The position numbers and the translations under genes are program-made. A stretch of DNA of 64,000 nt from an uncultured Actinomycetes bacterium (GTDB taxonomy: Bacteria; Actinomycetota; Coriobacteriia; Anaerosomatales; PHET01). The notes under the pieces were generated by a model. The model saw only the letters and a list, made by a program, of their open reading frames with translations. It did not search any database and was not told the origin of the DNA. Location: NCBI GenBank assembly GCA_963702525.1, contig CAVPCY010000013.1:57616-121615 (forward strand). The letters are read 5' to 3'. Below are positions 58,334 through 64,000 of the stretch, in pieces (the stretch's first letter is position 1; each line of letters begins with the position of its first letter).

Positions 58334-59626
58334 GTGCTCTACGTGGCTCTGATCGTCTACCTCGCGACCGCCGTGGCGTCTGCCTTCCTGTGCGCGTCGG
58401 AGACCGCGGTGCTGATGCTCACGCCGGGTCGCGTGCACCGGCTTGCCGAGGCGGAGCGGCATGGGTCGCCGGCTCTCGAGCGCCTCTCGGATCAGCGGCA
58501 TCGGTTGCGGGCCACCACGACGCTCATGGGCGGGGCGGCATTCGCCACCGCGGCCGCATTCGGCTGGATGCTCGGCGAGGTGTTCTGGGCCTCTGACTTC
58601 GGCGCCGGAACAGACGTAGTGTCGGGCACGCTGGGGGCGGCCTCCACGATCGCGGGAGCCGCGCTGGTCGTGCTGCTGAGCTACGCGCTCATCCAAGCGC
58701 TGCCCAGGACGCTCGCGGTGGCGAACCCCGAAAGGTTGGGGCTGAGCACCGCAGGTTACGCGCTGGCCATGACGCGGCTACTCTACCCGCTGGCACGCGC
58801 ACTCGGGGCGCCGTGGAAGTGGGGCGTCTCGGTGGCTGGTGGCCATCCCGATGTGAGCCCGTGGGCGGTGACCCCCGAATGGCGCGGAACCGACTCCGAT
58901 GAACAGGCGGAGCGCGAAGGGGCCGAGGAGGCTCTGCTGGAGGCGGTGAGCGACTTCGCCGACAAGGTGGTGCGTGAGGTGATGGTCCCGCGCACCGACA
59001 CCAAGGCACTGCCTGACACCGCGACCGCGTCGGATGCGGTGGCGCTCATCGCGAAGACCGGATTCACGCGCATCCCGGTCTACCACTCGACGATCGACGA
59101 CGTCAGGGGAGTGCTCTATGCGAAAGACCTGCTGAAGGCGATAGTGGACGACGGTGTCGACCAGACTGTGGTGGACCTTGCCAGGCAGCCGTACTTCGTT
59201 CCAGAGACCAAGCCCGCACAGGAGCTGCTCGTCGAGATGCGGTCACAGACGCATATCGCGATCGTCGCCGACGAGTACGGGGGCACAGCCGGCCTCGTGA
59301 CCCTGGAGGACCTGCTCGAGGAGATAGTCGGAGACATCAGCGACGAATACGACCGCGAGGAACCGCTTGTGGTGGAGGTCGGCGCCGAGCACTACAAGGT
59401 CAGCGCCCGGTTGCCCATCGATGACCTGAACGATCTGCTGGGCATGGACTTCGACATCGAAGCCGACTCGGTTGGCGGACTGTTCACTGAGGTTGCGGGT
59501 CGGATACCCGAGGTTGGAGAATCCGTTGACATCGAAGGAGTTCGATTCACCGTGACCGAGCTTCAAGGCACGCGTATCTGCCAATTGTCCGTACGACCGG
59601 CCGGTTCATCTTCAGAAGGGGCATGA
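58334..59626 (+). CDS. CNNM/DUF21-CBS-CorC_HlyC family (hemolysin-like) membrane protein
   Basis: N-terminal DUF21 TM domain, a CBS pair (VMVPRTD...RIPVY...) and a C-terminal CorC/HlyC transporter-associated domain. Confidence 0.85.
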   Translation: MLYVALIVYLATAVASAFLCASETAVLMLTPGRVHRLAEAERHGSPALERLSDQRHRLRATTTLMGGAAFATAAAFGWMLGEVFWASDFGAGTDVVSGTLGAASTIAGAALVVLLSYALIQALPRTLAVANPERLGLSTAGYALAMTRLLYPLARALGAPWKWGVSVAGGHPDVSPWAVTPEWRGTDSDEQAEREGAEEALLEAVSDFADKVVREVMVPRTDTKALPDTATASDAVALIAKTGFTRIPVYHSTIDDVRGVLYAKDLLKAIVDDGVDQTVVDLARQPYFVPETKPAQELLVEMRSQTHIAIVADEYGGTAGLVTLEDLLEEIVGDISDEYDREEPLVVEVGAEHYKVSARLPIDDLNDLLGMDFDIEADSVGGLFTEVAGRIPEVGESVDIEGVRFTVTELQGTRICQLSVRPAGSSSEGA

Positions 59627-60051
59627 CGATGCATACACCCACGCCCGCGGATCTCGTCCTGCTCGCACAGGCACGTGATGTTCAGGAGAACGCCTACGCT
59701 CCGTACTCGGGGTTTCGAGTCGGCGCTGCGGTCTTCACTGCCGAGGGGGAGATCTTCCGCGGCGTCAACGTGGAGAACGCCGCCTACGGATCGACGGTCT
59801 GTGCTGAGCGGGCGGCGCTGACCGCAGCGGTGACACACGGCTACACCGACATCCAGGCGATCGCGGTAGTGGGGGACTCCGAGGCACCGACGGTGCCTTG
59901 CGGCTGCTGCCGTCAAGTGCTCGCGGAGTTCAATCCGGACATGCGCGTGATCATGGGGGCGCAAAGCGACGACGTGCGAGTGATGACGCTCGAAGAGCTA
60001 CTGCCCGAGGCGTTCGTCCGTGGCTACCTCGACCAAGACGAGACGCCGTAG
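59623..60051 (+). CDS. cdd: cytidine deaminase
   Basis: ATGA overlap. Zinc motifs CAERAAL and PCGCCRQVL. Confidence 0.9.
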   Translation: MTMHTPTPADLVLLAQARDVQENAYAPYSGFRVGAAVFTAEGEIFRGVNVENAAYGSTVCAERAALTAAVTHGYTDIQAIAVVGDSEAPTVPCGCCRQVLAEFNPDMRVIMGAQSDDVRVMTLEELLPEAFVRGYLDQDETP

Positions 60052-60052
60052 C

Positions 60053-60979
60053 GTGACGGGCGCCGCATCACGGTCTGAGGACGAGATCCGCAGCGGGTTC
60101 GTGGCGCTGGTCGGGCGGCCCAACGCGGGCAAGTCCACACTCGCTAACGCCCTGGTGGGCACGAAGGTCGCGATCACCAGCGACACGGCCCAAACGACAC
60201 GGCATCGACTGCGCGCTGTGATAGACCGAGAAGACGCACAGGTGGTGCTCGTCGACACACCGGGACTGCACAAGCCTCAGGATGCGCTGGGCGAGCAGCT
60301 CAATCGCAGTGCCCTGAAGGCGCTCGAAGACGTCGACGTCGTCGCCATGCTCGTGGACGCGACGCAGCCCGTAGGCGGCGGAGACCGGTGGGTGGGCGAG
60401 CACGTCGCTCGGGCGCGCACCGGAAAGCGCGTACTGGTCATCACCAAGGCCGACATCGCCAACGAGAAACAGGTCGATCGGCAACTCGCGATAGCGCGGG
60501 GGCTCGCGCCCTTCGACGATGTGGTCGTGCTCTCGGCAGTGGACGGCTTCAACCTCGAAGGCTTCTACGAGACCGTCGTGCGCTTCCTGCCTGCGGGGCC
60601 ACGATGGTTCCCGCGCGACATGCCCTCGGACCAGCCGGTCGAGGTCATGGTCGCTGAGTTCATTCGCGAGAAGATCCTGCGCACCACGTTCGACGAGGTT
60701 CCTCACGCCGTCGGCGTTGCGGTCGAGGATCTGGTCGTGGACCCCAAGAAGGATCTCACCCGCATCTGGGCGGTCATCTACGTCGAACGAGACTCGCAGA
60801 AGGGCATCATCATCGGGAAGGGCGGCGAGTCGATCAAGCGTATCGGCACCGACGCCCGAGAAGACCTCGAGCGGCTTCTCGGCACGCAGGTGTTTCTCGA
60901 TCTCAAGGTGAAGGTGAAGAAAGACTGGCGGCGGGATGCGTCTCAGATCCGCCGCTTCGGATACGGAGATGGTGCGTGA
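60053..60979 (+). CDS. era: GTPase Era
   Basis: Motifs GFVALVGRPNAGKSTL, DTPGLH and TKAD, plus a KH domain (GKGGESIKRIG). The GTG at 60053 lies just after the cdd stop. The ORF-track start at 60020 is also possible. Confidence 0.9.
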   Translation: MTGAASRSEDEIRSGFVALVGRPNAGKSTLANALVGTKVAITSDTAQTTRHRLRAVIDREDAQVVLVDTPGLHKPQDALGEQLNRSALKALEDVDVVAMLVDATQPVGGGDRWVGEHVARARTGKRVLVITKADIANEKQVDRQLAIARGLAPFDDVVVLSAVDGFNLEGFYETVVRFLPAGPRWFPRDMPSDQPVEVMVAEFIREKILRTTFDEVPHAVGVAVEDLVVDPKKDLTRIWAVIYVERDSQKGIIIGKGGESIKRIGTDAREDLERLLGTQVFLDLKVKVKKDWRRDASQIRRFGYGDGA

Positions 60980-61668
60980 TGGACGCAACGGAGATCGCCG
61001 CGCTAGCCGCCTCACTCGACCAGACGCTGCTCAAACCGACCGCCGGGTTCGCTGAGGCGGCCTCTTGGATGGAAGCGTCGCGCGATGCGGGTTTCGCGTC
61101 GCTGTGCGTCTCTCCGTTTCTCGTCCCTCTCGCCGCCGAGCATCTCGCCGGTACCTCGACGAAGGTCTGTTCGGTCTGCGGCTTCCCGCTGGGCTACACG
61201 CTGACAGAGACCAAGGCCGAGGAGTCGGTGCACCTCGTCGAGCTGGGCTGTACCGAGGTCGACATGGTCATGAACGTAGCGGCGTTTCTGGGTGGCGACG
61301 AGGACTTCGTGCGTGCGGACATAGAGGCGGTCGTGCTGGCGGTTACCGCGGAGTCGGGCGGCGAGGGCCTTGTGAAGGTGATACTCGAGACCGCGTACTT
61401 GGACGAGGGCCAGATCGAGCGAGCGAGCGCGCTTGCGGTCAGGGCCGGCGCTGCCTTCGTCAAGACCTCCACCGGGTTCGGTCCGCGGGGGGCGAGCGTT
61501 CGCGATGTCGAGATCATGCGTGCTGCTGTAGGCCCGGATGTGGGAGTCAAGGCCGCAGGAGGAATCCGGGACCTCGCCACAGCGCGGGAGATGCTGGCCG
61601 CCGGCGCGAACCGGATCGGGACCTCGGCCGGGCTCGAGATCTTGGCTGCCGCAGCAGACGAAGACTGA
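60976..61668 (+). CDS. deoC: deoxyribose-phosphate aldolase
   Basis: It overlaps the era stop. Motifs LDQTLLKP, EVDMVMN and FVKTSTGF (Schiff-base Lys). Confidence 0.88.
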   Translation: MMDATEIAALAASLDQTLLKPTAGFAEAASWMEASRDAGFASLCVSPFLVPLAAEHLAGTSTKVCSVCGFPLGYTLTETKAEESVHLVELGCTEVDMVMNVAAFLGGDEDFVRADIEAVVLAVTAESGGEGLVKVILETAYLDEGQIERASALAVRAGAAFVKTSTGFGPRGASVRDVEIMRAAVGPDVGVKAAGGIRDLATAREMLAAGANRIGTSAGLEILAAAADED

Positions 61669-61676
61669 TCCGCGCG

Positions 61677-62426
61677 ATGCCGAGCTACCCGCTCACCGCG
61701 CTCGTCTTGCGCAAGACCAAACTCGGCGAGACCGACATCATCCTCACCCTGCTCGCCCAAGACGGGCAGCAGGTGCGTGCGGTGGCCAAGGGACTGCGCA
61801 AGCCCGGCTCGCGATTCGGCGGTCGGCTCGAACCGCTGTCCGAGGTCGACCTGCTCGTTCACACCGGGCGTTCGCTGGAGGTCGTGAGCGAGGCGCGGAC
61901 CTCGAACGCGCACGCCGCTTTGCGCGAGGACCTGGACCGGTCGGCAGCGGCCGCTGTCGTGGCCGACCTGCTCGACAAGGTGTCGGTGCAAGGACAGGCG
62001 GAGCCGCGGCTCTACGGGCTGGCGTCTGCCAGCCTCGGTGCGCTCGAGGTCGCGCCGCTCGAGCGCGTGCCGCAGCTGGTCGTGGCGTTTCTCGCCAAGG
62101 CGATGGCGATGCACGGCTATCGTCCTGAGCTGGAGAGCTGCGCGGCGTGCGCGTGCGAGGTGGGCGAGTCCTCCGCGTTCTCTCCTACGGCGGGCGGCTC
62201 GCTGTGTCCCGCCTGCGGTGCGCTCGATCCCGCGTCGCTCCAGTTTCCCGCGCGAGCAAGGGCATGGCTGGTGGTGCTCCTCGGCTCGACGATGGCCGAG
62301 ATCGCCGAGATGGAAGTGCCGAGCGCCGCGGTACGCGACTGCTTCACGCTGGTGCGCAGCTTCGTGACGTACCATCTCCCGGCGCGCCTCAAGGCGCTGG
62401 ACTTCTACGCTGGGCTGATCGCGTAG
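61677..62426 (+). CDS. recO: DNA repair protein RecO
   Basis: The ATG at 61677 gives LVLRKTKLGETDIILTLL...GLRKPGSRFGGRLEP and a Cys motif (CAACA...CPACG). ORF-track codons from 61065 overlap deoC and are spurious. Confidence 0.88.
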   Translation: MPSYPLTALVLRKTKLGETDIILTLLAQDGQQVRAVAKGLRKPGSRFGGRLEPLSEVDLLVHTGRSLEVVSEARTSNAHAALREDLDRSAAAAVVADLLDKVSVQGQAEPRLYGLASASLGALEVAPLERVPQLVVAFLAKAMAMHGYRPELESCAACACEVGESSAFSPTAGGSLCPACGALDPASLQFPARARAWLVVLLGSTMAEIAEMEVPSAAVRDCFTLVRSFVTYHLPARLKALDFYAGLIA

Positions 62427-62542
62427 CCGCGAACGTTTCCGACCGGCCGAGAAGGGCAGGTCACGCGGTATTCATCGTGTAGAATGGCTGGACACTCGGC
62501 ACAGGTGCCGGGCATCGATGCGTGCGAGGGGAATTCACTTCC

Positions 62543-63460
62543 ATGGGTTCGACCACCTTCCAAGACATCATCTTGGCGCTGTCGCGCTACTGGGCCGACC
62601 AGGGCTGTGTGGTACTGCAGCCGTACGATACGGAGGTCGGCGCGGGCACCTTCCATCCTGCGACCACGTTGCGTGCGCTCGGCCCGGACACGTGGCGCAC
62701 GGCCTACGTCCAGCCCAGCCGAAGGCCAACCGACGGGCGCTACGGCGAGAACCCCAACCGGTTGCAGCACTACTACCAGTACCAGGTCATTCTCAAGCCG
62801 AGCCCAGACAACGTGCTCGACCTCTACTTCGACTCACTGCGCGCCATCGGCATAGAGCCCGCCGAGCACGACATGCGACTGGTCGAGGACGACTGGGAGT
62901 CGCCCACACTTGGGGCCTGGGGCCTGGGCTGGGAGGTCTGGCTCAACGGGATGGAGTGCACGCAGTTCACGTACTTCCAGCAGGTGGGAGGGTTCGAATG
63001 CCGCCCCGTGCCTGCTGAGATCACCTACGGCCTCGAGCGGCTCGCGATGTACATCCAAGGCGTGGACAGCGTCTACGACCTCGTGTGGTCGGTGGGTCCG
63101 GACGGGCACGTGTTCACGTATGGGGACGTCTTCCTGCGCAACGAGCAGCAGTACTCGGCATACAACTTCGAGATCGCCGACGTCGACATGCTCCTTTCGC
63201 TGTTCACCACGTACGAGGGAGAGTGTCGCCGCACGCTCGAAGCCGGATACGTACTCCCGGCGTACGACTATGTGCTCAAGTGCAGTCATGCCTTCAACCT
63301 GCTCGACGCGCGCGGCGCCATCAGCGTGACCGAGCGCCAAGGGTACATCCTGCGCGTGCGCGCGCTTGCCAAGGCCTGCTGCGCCGCGTACCTGGAGCTT
63401 GTGACCGAGGCCGAGCCGATCGAGCAAGGTTCGGCATCCGAGGGTGGTGAGCGCTCGTGA
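62543..63460 (+). CDS. glyQ: glycine--tRNA ligase alpha subunit
   Basis: [36 protein letters not shown]...[22 protein letters not shown]. Confidence 0.93.
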   Translation: MGSTTFQDIILALSRYWADQGCVVLQPYDTEVGAGTFHPATTLRALGPDTWRTAYVQPSRRPTDGRYGENPNRLQHYYQYQVILKPSPDNVLDLYFDSLRAIGIEPAEHDMRLVEDDWESPTLGAWGLGWEVWLNGMECTQFTYFQQVGGFECRPVPAEITYGLERLAMYIQGVDSVYDLVWSVGPDGHVFTYGDVFLRNEQQYSAYNFEIADVDMLLSLFTTYEGECRRTLEAGYVLPAYDYVLKCSHAFNLLDARGAISVTERQGYILRVRALAKACCAAYLELVTEAEPIEQGSASEGGERS

Positions 63461-64000
63461 GCGGCCGTGACCTCGTCTTCGAGATCGGTACCGAGGAGTT
63501 CCCGTCATCCGCGGTGTACTCGGGCATCACCCAGCTGCAGGTAGCTGTCCCCAAGGCGCTCGACGATGCGAACCTTCAGTACGGCGAGATCGCCATACTC
63601 GCCACACCCCGGCGTATGGCGGTTCTCGTCAGCGAGCTGTCCGAGCGGCAGTCGGACTCGGTGATCACGCACAAGGGACCCGCAGCGAGAGCGGCGTTCG
63701 ACGCCGAGGGCAAGCCTACGCAGGCTGCGATCGGCTTCGCTCGCGGCAAGGGCGTGGATGTCGAGTCGCTGGAGGTTGTCGAGGACGGCTCGGGAGCGTA
63801 TGTGTATGCGACGGTCGAGACCTCCGGGGCATCGGCCCAAGAGGTCCTACCGGCGCTGCTCGGGCGTCTGGTAGAGGAGCTGGAGTGGGCGAAGTCGCAG
63901 CGCTGGGGGAGTGGCACGGCACGCTTTCCACGGCCCGTGCGCTGGATGCTCGCGCTCCACGGCACAGACGTCGTTCCCGTCGAATTCGCCGGCCTGACCG
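63457..64000 (+). CDS. glyS: glycine--tRNA ligase beta subunit, 3' end beyond the window
   Basis: GTGA overlap with glyQ. My translation is [18 protein letters not shown]...[12 protein letters not shown]...[27 protein letters not shown]. The frame is open to base 64000, and the ORF is absent from the track because it has no stop. Confidence 0.88.
   Translation, partial: MSGRDLVFEIGTEEFPSSAVYSGITQLQVAVPKALDDANLQYGEIAILATPRRMAVLVSELSERQSDSVITHKGPAARAAFDAEGKPTQAAIGFARGKGVDVESLEVVEDGSGAYVYATVETSGASAQEVLPALLGRLVEELEWAKSQRWGSGTARFPRPVRWMLALHGTDVVPVEFAGLT

Noticed and set aside
61065-61676. N-terminal 204 codons of ORF 61065..62426, which would give a 453-aa RecO.
   Set aside because: This part overlaps deoC in another frame and is Arg-rich. 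RecO homology begins at the ATG at 61677.

Overview
This is a G+C-rich bacterial chromosomal window, with third codon positions mostly G or C. It is densely packed with housekeeping genes, almost all on the + strand.

Gene order from about 20 kb onward: mreBCD-mrdA-rodA, a DUF697 gene, the TIGR03960/TIGR03936 radical-SAM pair, rng, rplU-rpmA-obg-proBA-nadD-yqeK-LCP-rsfS, leuS, comEA-comEC-holA, rpsT (minus strand), lepA, dusB, hemW, CIRCE-hrcA-dnaJ, rsmE-mtaB, phoH-HDIG-ybeY-dgkA, a CNNM/CBS gene, cdd-era-deoC-recO and glyQS. This Firmicutes-like synteny, together with an hrcA-dnaJ pair lacking grpE/dnaK, suggests a deep-branching high-GC Gram-positive such as a Coriobacteriia-like actinobacterium. 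That assignment is inference only.

There are two tRNAs: Arg-CCG and Ala-GGC. I saw no rRNA, CRISPR array, transposase or integrase.

The first 12.5 kb is the least ordinary part:
- A GlcD/GlcF-type FAD/Fe-S oxidase fusion carries a roughly 140-residue methionine-rich tail. It sits behind a promoter overlapped by two CsoR-type palindromes.
- A Crp-family regulator has a TGTGT-N6-TCACA box in front of its own gene, and a small cytochrome b5-like protein lies downstream.
- An orphan PilT ATPase is fused to an N-terminal receiver domain.
- A tightly coupled osmC-GT2-PIG-L deacetylase-unknown 525-aa gene set is followed by a 58-aa ferredoxin that is missing from the ORF track. I consider this the best candidate for an undescribed pathway, possibly making a BshB/BshC-like glycoside-amine or low-molecular-weight thiol conjugate.

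A second notable signal is a run of +1 reading-frame breaks between about 39.0 and 50.4 kb, each at a short homopolymer. They affect the eamA-like tail, leuS, comEA, lepA and hemW (twice), and comEC lacks its expected stop in the same interval. This most likely reflects indel errors in the assembly rather than biology.

All functional calls rest on motif and family recognition by eye from the translated ORFs. No database search was run.
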